Assembly (NCBI RefSeq): GCF_035084215.1
Contig: NW_027139272.1
Span: forward strand, 248,001 to 312,000
Length of the DNA: 64,000 nt
Origin: Heptranchias perlo
Taxonomy: Eukaryota
Reading direction: 5' to 3'
In this document: positions 46,801 to 56,912 of the stretch, in pieces
Layout: the number at the start of each line of letters is the position of its first letter
Position numbering within the stretch: the first letter of the stretch is position 1
The notes under the pieces: model-generated
What the model was told of the DNA's origin: nothing
Seen by the model: the letters and a program-made list of their open reading frames with translations, nothing else
Database searches by the model: none
Position numbers and translations under genes: made by a program

Positions 46801-47386
46801 TCCGTTCTGAACTCAGCCCAGGTGATGCCTAATGTCTCGGAGCTAAAACCACAATCGAGCCCGTTATGTGAAAGGGGATAATGGAATCCTCCTTCAAACA
46901 CCATCCGAGGGAAAGGGTTTTCCTTCCCTCCCCTTCCATTCCCTTTCCCTTCCTTTCTGATTCCTTCCCTTCCCTTTCCCTTCCTTTTCTTTCCTGTCCC
47001 TTCCCATTCCCTCCATCCCCTTCCCTTCCACTGCTTCCGAGGTACAGCTCTAATACCTCACCCCCCAAATGGCTGTTATTTGTCTGTGAGCCTTGACAAT
47101 AATTGAAGAAAAGTGCCTCAAACAAACACTTTGCAAACAGATCAGTGACACAACCTCTCCCAGTGACCCCTCCCCAGAACAGGGATCATCCTTAACCTGA
47201 ATCTCTCACACACCCAAGGCAATGAGATAGTCCAAACCCAGGGGCCGCTCGAGAGCATCTTGTGATGAAGATGGGTTCAATCTCGGTGTCCCCTCAAATA
47301 CTGTCCACAGATAGAAGCTGTTTGATTTGCTTACCAGAGGAGACGTTGGGCACACAGTAAACGTTCAGTAAAGTAACAAGCAGCAT
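22704..47386 (-). CDS. Non-classical MHC class I-like heavy chain gene, 5 coding exons, 350 aa: complement(join(22704..22894,27127..27399,29879..30154,36311..36571,47335..47386))
   Basis: Exons of 52+261+276+273+191 = 1053 nt splice in frame through four GT-AG phase-1 introns with no internal stop. Domain order is leader, alpha1, alpha2 (C101-C164), Ig-C1 alpha3, TM, cytoplasmic tail. The lineage name cannot be assigned from sequence alone. Confidence 0.9.
23270..24440 (+). repeat. CR1 3'-end fragment expanded into a 49-bp minisatellite (about 21 copies), intron 4
   Basis: WPQGVVETETIVCFKGRVAKH..IQGYGERAGQWD (CR1 ORF2 C-terminus) runs into tandem GATTAGTTTGGGATTGATACAGGGCTATGGGGAGAGAGTGGGGCAGTGG, period 49. 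Confidence 0.88.
24620..25597 (-). mobile_element. Deu-domain SINE with 33-bp tandem expansion (about 24950-25597), intron 4
   Basis: Reverse complement of the SINE body at 20350-20820, followed by (CCCTCAGTACTGACCCTCCGACAGTGCAGCACT)n. Confidence 0.82.
25600..27000. repeat. 20-bp minisatellite (GAAGGACCCAGAGGCACGGG), about 70 copies, beginning close to the alpha3 donor
   Basis: Strict 20-bp periodicity, with degenerate copies continuing to about 27110. Confidence 0.95.
27127..27399 (-). CDS. MHC class I-like exon: alpha3 Ig C1-set domain
   Basis: Acceptor TCTCTCAG, donor G|GTGAGT, 273 nt. Translation VAPEVFIGKRSDGDRVLRVSCLVSGFYPWAIEVTWLGNGEEVADIESSDVLPNQDMTYRVLKTIELSGDDRKSYSCHIEHASLLRGINVPW contains CxxxGFYP, W, LPNxDxTY and YxCxxxHxSL. 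Confidence 0.95.
27611..29271 (-). mobile_element. Degenerate PIF/Harbinger-type DNA transposon with a Myb/SANT-like remnant, inserted into a CR1 3' fragment and itself carrying a CR1 3' fragment (about 28030-28305)
   Basis: The CR1 sequence ..GTAGGGAAGAT (27610) resumes as GATGTTTCCACTTGTGG at 29272, with GAT duplicated. The minus strand at 28816-28565 reads RAPRFSADALEALVQEVDRR, then after a frameshift WEATGDEVNARLTAS*TWMQCRKKFNALT*VVK and a GTGAGT donor. Confidence 0.65.
29879..30154 (-). CDS. MHC class I-like exon: alpha2 domain
   Basis: Acceptor TTTTTCCAG, donor AAG|GTACCT, 276 nt (typical alpha2 exon size). Translation SVFFVQGMCGCELNSDNSTEGFIKFGYDGEDAYVFDKDRLSWIAVNPEFQTLADRWNANTFMNKYFKTLLEKDCVKWLLIYLRAGREALQRK contains the GCEL, YDGED and CxxWLxxYLxxG motifs. 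Confidence 0.95.
30210..30720. mobile_element. L2-type LINE 3' tail (minus, about 30210-30410) abutting a CR1 3' fragment (plus, about 30410-30720)
   Basis: (CAA)n-CTTGCATTTATATAGCGCC is the reverse of the tail seen at 57950-57990. The following segment has the CR1 3' UTR motif GGCTCGAGGGGCTGAATGGCC. Confidence 0.65.
30830..32940 (+). mobile_element. 5'-truncated, disrupted CR1 LINE (RT domain and 3' end), intron 2
   Basis: ORF fragments HPRLLREV..NYRSVSLTSVVGK..DFQKAFDKVPH, VPQGSVLGPLLFLIYIND..KFADGTK and RRLRGDLIEVFK. Several stops, frameshifts and deletions. Confidence 0.93.
33389..34140 (-). repeat. 18-bp minisatellite (CCTCAGTGCTGCCCCTCC) attached to a minus-strand SINE head
   Basis: Tandem 18-mers at 33389-34052. 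The unit is a shortened form of the 33-bp SINE-derived unit. A B-box-like GGTTCAAGACCC lies on the minus strand near 34105. Confidence 0.88.
34140..36260 (+). mobile_element. Deu-domain SINE with about 54 copies of a 33-bp internal tandem expansion (about 34205-35990)
   Basis: Head AGAAGGTCGTGGTTTCAGGCCCCACTCCAGAG..GCTGACACTCCAGTGCAG, then array CAGTACTGAGGGAGTGCTGCACTGTCGGAGGGG, then GATGCCGTCCTTCAGATGAGACGTTAAATCGAGGCCCC and a degenerate tail. Confidence 0.85.
36311..36571 (-). CDS. MHC class I-like exon: alpha1 domain
   Basis: Acceptor ATCCTGCAG, donor A|GTGAGT, 261 nt. Translation DFHILAFYYILSRGGAEMPEYSLVAMLDDYEIVYFDSTLQRTVPRQQWMADSFDNHHWDAIAITMAGFHGLVRGNAEIFYRQQHGAS contains the class I H3, DD, FDS, PRxxWM and WD motifs. 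Confidence 0.93.
36661..37475 (-). mobile_element. CR1 LINE 3' fragment
   Basis: Minus-strand ORFs GKCEVIHFGRKN..LVRPHLEHCVQFW and TRGHSLRIRG..RNFFSQRVVNLWNSL; 8-mer tail (TCTTATGG)n at 36661. Confidence 0.9.
37590..38240 (+). mobile_element. CR1 LINE 3' fragment
   Basis: RGLEYKGEEVMFQLFRALVRPHLE, GLYSLECRRLRGD and FHTQRGVEIWNSLP fragments, plus a CR1 3' UTR. Confidence 0.88.
38297..38950 (-). mobile_element. CR1 LINE 3' fragment
   Basis: ORF 38385-38930 LYRALVRPHLEYCVQFWSP..RMRGDLIETYK..QRVVNLWNSLP; TTCTTATG tail at about 38300. Confidence 0.92.
40502..43848 (+). mobile_element. CR1 LINE: ORF1 C-terminal remnant plus full-length but disrupted ORF2 (APE endonuclease and RT), intron 1
   Basis: Endonuclease motifs YFNARSI, GDFNHP and SDHN; RT motifs GVPQGSVLGP and FIDD. 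Frameshifts near 41170 and 42935, stop at 43404; tail ..TTCTATG. Confidence 0.95.
44555..45052. repeat. Polypyrimidine (C/T) low-complexity tract; paralogous tracts at about 51546-52035 and 54910-55350
   Basis: About 0.45-0.5 kb of almost only C and T on the plus strand in each duplication unit. Confidence 0.9.
47335..47386 (-). CDS. MHC class I-like exon: signal peptide MLLVTLLNVYCVPNVSS (proximal copy)
   Basis: ACAACATG start context (A at -3), hydrophobic 17-mer ending VSS, and donor G|GTAAG (47334-47330). Phase 1, in frame with alpha1. Confidence 0.72.
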
Positions 47387-47928
47387 GTTGTAAAGTCACC
47401 CGAGGCGCTGATTAACCAGGAGAGAAGCTGCTGTAACAGTAACTTAATCTCTTGTGCTTTTCAACACCACTCGAGTCTGAAGCTACTTATTGGTGCTTGT
47501 GTGCAGCAGGTCTGATAACCAGATCCAGTTAGAATGGAGGGACTTGTTCTGGTCACTGGGTCCCAGGGAGTGGAGTCTGAGCCTGCATCTTACAGCAGGG
47601 GTTCACACTGAGGCCCAGCCCAGTATTAACACCGAACCATCGCATCTGGTTACACCCCCTGTATTTCAATGGTCTATTCCAGACTCCCACTTTCACCCCT
47701 CCCATTCTCTTCCCAATGCACCGACTCTCACTGGCAATGGGACCACAAAGAAAAGAGAGACTCACATTCCTATTGTGATTTCACCACCTCAGGACCTCCC
47801 AAAGAGTTTTACAGACAGTGAAGTATTAGTGAAGTGTAGTCACTGTTTTAATGTAGGAAACACGGCAGCCAATTTGCACACAGCAAGATCCCACAAACAG
47901 CAACAAGATCATGACCAGATAATCTCCC

Positions 47929-50900
47929 CACAACGACATAGGTAAAAAAAGGGATGAGGTCCTGCAAGGTGAATTTCAGGAGTTAGGAGATAAATTAAAA
48001 AGCAGGACTTCAAAGGTAGTGATCTCAGGATTACTACCGGTGCCACGTGCTAGTGAGTATAGGAACAGGAGAATAGACAGGATGAATGCGTGGCTGCAGG
48101 GATGGTGTAGGAGGGAGGGATTTAGATTCCTGGGACATTGGGACCGGTTCTGGGGAAGGTGGGACCTGTACAAGCGTGACGGTTTACACCCGAGCAGGAC
48201 CGGGACAAATGTCCTCGCGGGGGTGTTTGCTCGTGCTGTTGGGGAAGGTTTAAACTAGAGTGGCAGGGGGATGGGAACCTGAGTGGGGAGTCAGAAGGGA
48301 ATAAAGTTGAGAGCAGCAAGAGAGGGGAAGACCCAGGGGAAATTTACAATACAAATAGTACAAACAGTTGTTCAAGAACAAGTGAAAGGGAAAAGCATCG
48401 AGCAGCGGAAAGAAAGTGTACTTTAGGCACTTTAGGCACGACAGATAAAATAAAAACTAGAAGGCGGAAGGCGATGAACCCAGCATCAAAGCTGTGGCAG
48501 GGGGTTAGGAACCTGAGCAGGGAGACAGAGGAAAGCATATCAGGAAGGGACAGAAGGTATGGAGTAAAAGGTAAAGTGTTAAAAAAGGAAAAAGCAGGAA
48601 CTAAGTGTCACAAAACATATTTGAAAGTTCTTTATCTGAATGCACGTAGCATTCGTAACAAAATGGACGAGTTAACAGCACAAATAACGACGTATGGGTC
48701 TGATCTTGTGGCCATTACAGAAACATGGCTGCAGGGTGACAACGACTGGGAATTAAATATGCCAGGGTATTTAACAATCAGGAAGGACAGGCAGGAAGGA
48801 AGGGGAGGTGGGGTGGCTATGTTAATAAGGGAAGGAATCACTGTAACACAGACAAAAGATATTGGGACAAAGGATCAGGATAATGAAACAGTTTGGGGAG
48901 AGATAAGGAATAATAAGGGGCAAAAAACACTCGTGGGCATAGTATATAGGCCTCCTAATAGTTGCAACTCTGCTGGAAGAAGTATTAATCAGGAAATAGT
49001 CGGGGCATGTAATAAGGGAACAGCTATAATTTGGGGGGATTTTAACTATCATATTAACTGGACAAATCAAATTGGGCAGGGTAGCCTTGAGGAAGAGTTT
49101 ATTGAGTGTATTAGGGATGGATTTCTTGAGCAGTATGTAACTGAACCAACAAGGGAGCAAGCAACCTTGGACCTGGTCCTGTGTAATGAGCCAGGATTAA
49201 TTAATAATGTCCTAGTTAAGGATCCCCTTGGAATGAGTGACCATAACATGGTTACATTCCATATCCAATTAGAGGGTGAGAAGGTTGGTTCTCAAACAAG
49301 CGTACTGAGCTTGAATAAAGGAGACTATGATGGTATGAGAGCGGAATTGATTAAAGTGGACTGGGAAAATAGATTAAAGGGTAAGACGGTACATGAGCAG
49401 TGGTGTTCATTTAAGGAGTTATTTTACAACTTTCAAAAAATATATATTCCACTGAGGAAAAAAGGGTTTCAAAGAAATGACAGCCATCCATGGCTAAGTA
49501 AAGAAATTAAGGATAGTATCCGACTAAAAACAAGGACATATAAGGTAGCCAAACTTAGTGGGAGGATAGAAGATTGGGAAGTCTTCAAAAGACAGCAAAA
49601 AGTAACAAAAGGATTGATTAAGAAAGGGAAGATAGATTATGAAAATAAATTAGCAAAAAATATAAAAACAGATAGCAAGAGTTTCTACAGTTATATAAAA
49701 AGAAAAAGGGTGGCTAAGGCAAACGTAGGTCCTTTGGAGGATGAGACCGGGAAATTAATGGTGGGAAACATGGACATGGCAAAAATGCTGAACAAATATT
49801 TTGTTTCAGTCTTTACAGTAGAGGACACTAAGAATATCCCAACAGTGGACAAACAGGGGGCTCTGGGGGGAGGAGCTAAATACGATTAAAATCACTAAGG
49901 AATTGGTACTCAGTAAATTAATGGGACTCAAGGCGGATAAATCCCCTGGACCTGATGGCTTACATCCTAGGGTCTTGAGGGAAGTGGCAGTAGGGATTGT
50001 GGATGCTTTGGTAATAATTTTCCAAAATTTTCTGAACTCGGCAAAGGTCCCGGCAGATTGGAAAACTGCCAATGTTACACCGTTATTTAAAAAGGGTAGT
50101 AGGCAGAAGGCTGGAAATTATAGACCAGTTAGCTTAACATCTGTGGTGGGTAAAGTTTTGGAGTCTATTATTAAGGAGACAATAGCAGAACATTTGGATA
50201 AACATAATTTAATAGGACAAAGTCAGCATGGCTTTACGAAGGGGAAGTCATGTCTGACAAATTTGCTTGAGTTCTTTGAGGATATAACGTACAGGGTGGA
50301 TAAAGGGGAACCAGTGGACGTCGTGTATTTGGACTTTCAGAAGGCATTCGACAAGGTGCCACATAAAAGATTATTGCTCAAGATAAAGAATCACTGGATT
50401 GGGGGTAATATTCTGGCATGGGTGGAGGATTGGTTATCTAACAGGAAGCAGAGAGTTGGGATAAATGGTACATTCTCGGACTGGCAACCTGTAGCCAGTG
50501 GTGTTCCGCAGGGGTCGGTGCTGGGTCCCCAACTCTTTACAATCTATATTAACGATTTGGAGGAGGGGACCGAGTGTAACATATCAAAGTTTGCAGATGA
50601 TACAAAGATGGGAGGGAAAGTAGAGAGTGAGGAGGACATAAAAAACCGACAAGGGGATATAGACAGGCTGGGTGAGTGGGCGGAGATTTGGCAGATGCAA
50701 TACAATATTGGAAAATGTGAGGTTATGCACTTTGGCAGGAAAAATCGGAGAGCAAGTTATTATCTTAATGGCGAGAAACTGGAAAGTACTGCAGTACAAA
50801 GGGATTTGGGGGTCCTAGTGCAAGAAAATCAAAAGGTTAGTTTGCAGGTGCAGCAGGTGATCAAGAAGGCCAACGGAATGTTGGCTTTTATTGCTAGGGG

Positions 50901-51545
50901 GATAGAATATAAAAACAGGGAGGTATTGCTGCAGTTATATAAGGTATTGCTGAGACCGCACCTGGAATACTGCATACAGTTTTGGTCTCCATACTGAAGA
51001 AAAGACATACTTGCTCTCGAGGCAGTACAAAGAAGGTTCACTCGGTTAATCCCGGGGATGAGGGGGTGGACATATGAGGAGAGGTTGAGCAGATTGGGAC
51101 TCTACTCATTGGAGTTCAGAAGAATGAGAGGCGATCTTATTGAAATATATAAGATTGTGAAGGGGCTTGATCGGGTGGATGCGGTAAGGATGTTCCCAAG
51201 GATGGGTGAAACTAGAACTAGGGGGCATAATCTTAGAATAAGGGGCTGCTCTTTCAAAACTGAGATGAGGAGAAACTTCTTCACTCAGAGGGTAGTAGGT
51301 CTGTGGAATTTGCTGCCCCAGGAAGCTGTGGAAGCAACATCATTAAATAAATTTAAAACAGAAATAGACAGTTTGCTAGAAGTAAAGGGAATTAGGGGTT
51401 ACGGGGAGCGGGCAGGAAATTGGACATGAATTTAGATTTGAGGTTAGGATCAGATCAGCCATGAAATTATTGAATGGCGGAACAGGCTCGAGGGGCCGAT
51501 TGGCCTACTCCTGCTCCTATTTCTTATGTTCTTATGTTCTTATGT
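47929..51545 (+). mobile_element. Relatively young CR1 LINE (ORF1 esterase-like C-terminus plus ORF2) inserted only in duplication unit 2
   Basis: ORF1 NDIGKKRDEV..DGLHPSRTG; ORF2 YLNARSI, GDFN, SDH and KFADDTK. Only one frameshift (about 49870, in a G run) and one nonsense codon (50995). Clean (TTCTTATG)n tail; candidate TSD TCTCCC at 47923-47928 and 51546-51551. Confidence 0.95.
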
Positions 51546-54321
51546 TCTCCCTCTCCCGCCCCCTCCTCGTCTATCTCTCCCTCCCACCATCCCTCTCTCC
51601 CTCTCCCACCCTCTCCCTCTCAGTCCCCTCTTCTTCCCCCTCCTCATCTCCCTTGTCCTCTTCCCCTTCCTCTCCCTCTCTTTGTCCGACTCCCCCTCTC
51701 CCTCCACTCACACACTCCCTCATCCACGTCTCCCTCTTGCTCTCCTTCTCTGACCCTCCCCATCTGCCTCCCTCTCGCTCCCGCTCACCCTCTGCCACTC
51801 CATCCTATTCCCCATCACCTCTCCCTCTCCCAATCCCTCCTCTCCCCACTCCCTCTCTCTCCCCCTCTCTCTCGCTCTTTCCCTCTCCCTCTCCTCCCAA
51901 ACCCAACTCCCACCCCATCTCCTTCGCCCTCTCCCCTTCTCCCTCTCCATCGCCCTCTCCTCCTCCATCCCCCTCCCACCCCCTCCCTGCCCCTCCCTCC
52001 CACTATCCCTCTCCCTCCCTTTCCCCCTCCCCCTCAGTTTGAGCATGACGTCCACTGACTGGATTTGGTGACATTGTTCAATGCTCTGTTATCCTCATGG
52101 ATTGCTGTTCTGAGGAGCCTCATGTTAAGCGCGACTCGAAGACGGTGCATTGAAAATGAACATAAAAATCTGTCTGTGAATTTGCTTCGATGCCAATTTA
52201 TTCTAATTCACCCAGATCAACATCACTGTGAGTATTTTTTCCTCGAGCACCAGTTGATTATTGAAGAGTCAGCAGCTCATTCTCCCCACAATCGGACATA
52301 CAGAGTTCACTTTGGCCTTGACCCGCTCAGAGACTATAATAAACGGGCAGTGTTTGCTCAGAAATAAAAGTCAGTCGTGGGCCTGAGCAACACATCGGAC
52401 ATCGGACAGTCCAAAGTCCATTGTGTTGCTGTGAGGTGAAGGTGGGAACGGGGGGACAGGCTTCGAATCTGCTTCGATTTCAGTGTCACCCTGCTGAAGC
52501 AGCACAAGAAGGTTCGGAAAGAACAAAAGATCTTTTTATACATCACCTTTCACAACCTCAGGATGTCCCAAAGCGCTTCACAGAAAGTGAAGTAATGTGA
52601 AAGTGTCATCACTGTTGTAATGTCGGAAACGCCATTCATTATGAGAAGTACTTTCATACCGGGGGCTGAAAGGGTTAAATTATGAGGACAGGTTGCACAG
52701 ACCAGGCTTGTATTCCCTTGAGTGCAGAAGATTAACGGGTGCTGTAATTAAGATCATTGAAGGATCTGATTGGGTAGATAGAGAGAAACTATTTCCTCTG
52801 GTGGGAGAGTCCAGAACAAGGGGCCGTCACCTTAAAATTAGAGCCAGGCCGTTCAGGGGTGATGTCAGGAAGCGTTTCTTCACACAAAGGGGAGTGGAAA
52901 TCTGGAACTCTCTTTCCCCAAAATGCTGTTGAGGCTGGGGGTCAATTGAAAATTTCACAACTGAGATTGATCGATTTTTGTTAGGCAAGGTTATTATGGG
53001 ATATGGCACCAAGGCGGGTGGGTGGAGTTAAGAAACAGATCAGCCATGATCTAATTGAATGGCGGAACAGGCTTGAGGGGCTGAATGGCCTCCTCCTGTT
53101 CCCATGTTCCGATGAGATGCTTTGACTGTGTGCAGCAGCTTACATTACTACAGCAGCCCTCGTGTACAGGGAGACGCCTCAGAGCACAGAGCAGGAGGGA
53201 GGAGCCCAAAGAGAGGATTTAAGAGGAGCCAGAATCACACTCAGGAGTTGATTCAGGAACAGTGGAGAGGCCGGGAAGGGACAAGGCAGGAATCCTGAGG
53301 GAGATTGCTGGAGAGGGCAGGGACAGGAGAGACTGAAGGATCGGCTCTCAGTGGTGGAACAGAGGCGGTGGAGAAGGAGAGGTTAGGCCGGTGTGGGAGG
53401 AGCGGAGGGGGCATGTGGGGGCATGAGATTGGGGGAGATTGCAGAGGTGGGAAGGGAGGAGGACAGAGAGGGCTTTAAAGGTGAAGAAATGAACCTTTGA
53501 GTCAATTCTGTGGAGTTGGAGGAGCCGATGGGGTTTTTGCACGAACAAGGGATGGGGGTGAGAGGGAGGAGGCAGAACACATCGATCAGAACACAATCTC
53601 TGAAAGGTTCACACGTGTCTGTGGTCCAGTAATATTGAGGTCGATTTTCACCTTTACCACCTGGGTGTTCAGCATCAACTGGGCGGGGCAGAGAGAGAGC
53701 AAAATCTGGAGAGGAGGATCACACGGCAGGAACAGAACCTGGAGCATTTTCCATCTATTGAAATCCCCCCCCCCGCCCGGCCAGATTTCCGTTCTGAACT
53801 CAGCCCAGGTGATGCCTAATGTCTCGGAGCTAAAACCACAATCGAGCCCGTTATGTGAAAGGGGATAATGGAATCCTCCTTCAAACACCATCCGAGGGAA
53901 AGGGTTTTCCTTCCCTCCCCTTCCATTCCCTTTCCCTTCCTTTCCGATTCCTTCCCTTCCCTTTCCCTTCCTTTTCTTTCCTGTCCCTTCCCATTCCCTC
54001 CATCCCCTTCCCTTCCACTGCTTCCAAGGTACAGCTCTAATACCTCACCCCCCAAATGGCTGTTATTTGTCTGTGAGCCTTGACAATAATTGAAGAAAAG
54101 TGCCTCGAACAAACACTTTGCAAACAGATCAGTGACACAACCTCTCCCAGTGACCCCTCCCCAGAACAGGGATCATCCTTAACCTGAATCGCTCACACAC
54201 CCAAGGCAATGAGATAGTCCAAACCCAGGGGCCGCTCGAGAGCATCTTGTGATGAAGATGGGTTCAATCTCGGTGTCCCCTCAAATACTGTCCACAGATA
54301 GAAGCTGTTTGATTTGCTTAC

Positions 54322-54373
54322 CAGAGGAGACGTTGGGCACACAGTAAACGTTCAGTAAAGTAACAAGCAGCAT
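54322..54373 (-). CDS. Second, identical copy of the MHC class I-like signal-peptide exon (distal)
   Basis: Same 52 nt as 47335-47386 at an offset of 6987 bp, with intact ATG and G|GTAAG donor. Confidence 0.68.
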
Positions 54374-56614
54374 GTTGTAAAGTCACCCGAGGCGCTGATT
54401 AACCAGGAGAGAAGCTGCTGTAACAGTAACTTAATCTCTTGCGCTTTTCAACACCACTCGAGTCTGAAGCTACTTATTGGTGCTTGTGTGCAGCAGGTCT
54501 GATAACCAGATCCAGTTAGAATGGAGGGACTTGTTCTGGTCACTGGGTCCCAGGGAGTGGAGTCTGAGCCTGCATCTTACAGCAGGGGTTCACACTGAGG
54601 CCCAGCCCAGAATTAACACCGAACCATCGCATCTGGTTACACCCCCTGTATTTCAATGGTCTATTCCAGACTCCCACTTTCACCCCTCCCATTCTCTTCC
54701 CAATGCACCGACTCTCACTGGCAATGGGACCACAAAGAAAAGAGAGACTCACATTCCTATTGTGATTTCACCACCTCAGGACCTCCCAAAGCGTTTTACA
54801 GACAGTGAAGTATTAGTGAAGTGTAGTCACTGTTTTAATGTAGGAAACACGGCAGCCAATTTGCGCACAGCAAGATGCCACAAACAGCAACGAGTTAATG
54901 GCCAGATAATCTCCCTACTCGCTCTCCCTCCCCGTCCCCTCCTCCTCCTCTAACTCCCACCATCCCTCTCTCCCTGTCCCACCCTCTCACTCCCATCTCC
55001 CTCTCCCTCCCCTCCTCATCTCCCTTCTTGTCCTCTTCCACTCCCCATCTCCTTTCCCTTCCTCTCCCTCTCTTCATCCAATTCCCCCCTCCCTCCTCAT
55101 ATCCCCTCCTTCCCCCTCTCCCTGCACAATTCCACCCAATCCTCCACCTCTCTTTCTCCTTCTCCATCCCCGTCCCCTCTCCCTCCTCATCCCTTTCCCT
55201 CTCATCTCCCTACCCCTCACTATCTCCCACTCCCATCTCCTCCCCCCCCTCTCTCCGTCTCCCTCCCCCTCTCCTTCTCCCTCCTCCTCTCCCACATCCT
55301 ATCCCTCTGCCTGCCCCACGCTCTCCCCCTTCCCCTTTCGCCCTCCCCCTCAGTTTGAGCATGACGTCCACTGACTGGATTTGGTGACATTGTTCAATGT
55401 TCTGTTATCCTCATGGATTGCTGTTCTGAGGAGCCTCATGTTAAGCGCGACTCGAAGACGGTGCATTGAAAATTAACATAAAAATCTGTCTGTGAATTTG
55501 TTTCGATGCCAATTTATTCTAATTCACCCAGATCAACATCACTGTGAGTATTTTTGCCTCGAGCACCAGTTGATTATTGAAGAGTCAGCAGCTCATTCTC
55601 CCCACAATCGGACACACAGAGTTCACTTTGGCCTTGACCCGCTCAGAGACTATAATAAACGGGCAGTGTTTGCTCAGAAATAAAAGTCAGTCGTGGGCCT
55701 GAGCAACACATCGGACATCGGACAGTCCAAAGTCCATTGTGTTGCTGTGAGGTGAAGGTGGGAACGGGGGGGCAGGCTTCGAATCTGCTTCGATTTCAGT
55801 GTCACCCTGCTGAAGCAGCACAAGAAGGTTCGGAAAGAATAAAAGATCTTTTTATACATCACCTTTCACAACCTCAGGATGTCCCAAAGCGCTTCACAGA
55901 AAGTGAAGTAATGTGAAAGTGTCATCACTGTTGTAATGTCGGAAACGCCATTCATTATGAGAAGTACTTTCATACTGGGGGCTGAAAGGGTTAAATTATG
56001 AGGACAGGTTGCACAGACCAGGCTTGTATTCCCTTGAGTGCAGAAGATTAACGGGTGCTGTAATTAAGATCATTGAAGGATTTGATATTGTAGATAGAGA
56101 GAAACTATTTCCTCCGGTGGGAGAATCCAGAACAAGGGGGCGTCACCTTAAAATTAGAGCCAGGCCGTTCAGGGGTGATGTCAGGAAGCGTTTCTTCACA
56201 CAAAGGGGAGTGGAAATCTGGAACTCTCTCCCCCAAAAAACTGTTGAGGCTGGGGGTCAATTGAAAATTTCACAACTGTGATTGATCGATTTTTGTTCGG
56301 CAAGGTTATTAAGGGATATGGCACCAAGGATGGAGTTGAGATGCAGATTGGCCATGATCTAATTGAATGGCGGAACAGGATCGAGGGGCTGAATGGCCTC
56401 CTCCTGTTCCTATGTTCCAATGTGATGTTTTGACTGTGTACAGCAACTTACAATAAAACAGTGTACAGGGAGACACCTCAGAGCACAGAGCAGGAGGAAG
56501 GAGACCAAAGAGAGGATTTAAGGGGAGCCAGAATCACGGACAGAAGGGGATTCAGGAACTGTGTGGAGACAGGAAGGAAGAAGACAGGAATCCTGAGGGA
56601 GACTGCTGGAGAAC

Positions 56615-56912
56615 CAGAGAGGTTTAGGGACGGAATTCCAGAGCTTAACGCCGAGGCAGCTGAAGGCACGGCCGCCAATGGTGGAGCGATTAAAATCGGG
56701 GCTGCGCTAGAGGCCAGAATTGGAGGAGCGCAGAGATCTCGGAGGGTTGTAGGGCTGGAGGAGGTTACAGGGAAAGGGAGGGCGAGGCCATGGAGGGATT
56801 TAAAACAAGGATGAGAATTTTAAAATCGAGGCGTTCCCGGACCGGGGGCCAGTGTAGGTCAGCGAACGCAGGGGGTGATGGGAGAACGGGACTTGGTGCG
56901 AGTTAGAATACG
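56615..56912 (-). mobile_element. L2-type LINE 3' region fragment
   Basis: Reverse complement of the 57540-57800 sequence (GGCGGCCGTGCCTTCAGCTGCCTCGG..GGAATTCC). Confidence 0.75.

Larger units (their letters stand above)
44043..56612. repeat. Tandem segmental duplication: unit 1 44043-47409 (3367 bp), unit 2 47410-54396 (includes CR1 insertion), partial unit 3 54397 to about 56612
   Basis: Each unit starts GATTAACCAGGAGAGAAGCTGCTG. Near-identical ORF-track peptides recur at 44122/47490/54477, 45375/52358/55674 and 46829/53816. Confidence 0.95.

Noticed and set aside
22704-47386. Classical class I (UAA), class II or W-category identity for the gene
   Set aside because: Three extracellular-domain exons in one chain exclude the two-domain class II and W-category layout, and loss of most anchor residues argues against classical class I. 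No lineage symbol is given because that needs a phylogeny.
47387-47800. MHC SXY, ISRE or NF-kB promoter module
   Set aside because: Only an isolated CCAAT (47489-47493) was seen about 100 nt upstream of the ATG. No convincing ordered module was found, so no regulatory feature is called.
40965-51429. Active autonomous retrotransposons or host RT genes
   Set aside because: Both long CR1 copies lack the 5' UTR and most of ORF1 and carry frameshifts or stops in ORF2.
44122-55387. Pro/Ser-rich and Gly/Glu/Arg-rich ORFs repeated three times
   Set aside because: They result from C/T low-complexity tracts and SINE tails inside the duplicated unit.
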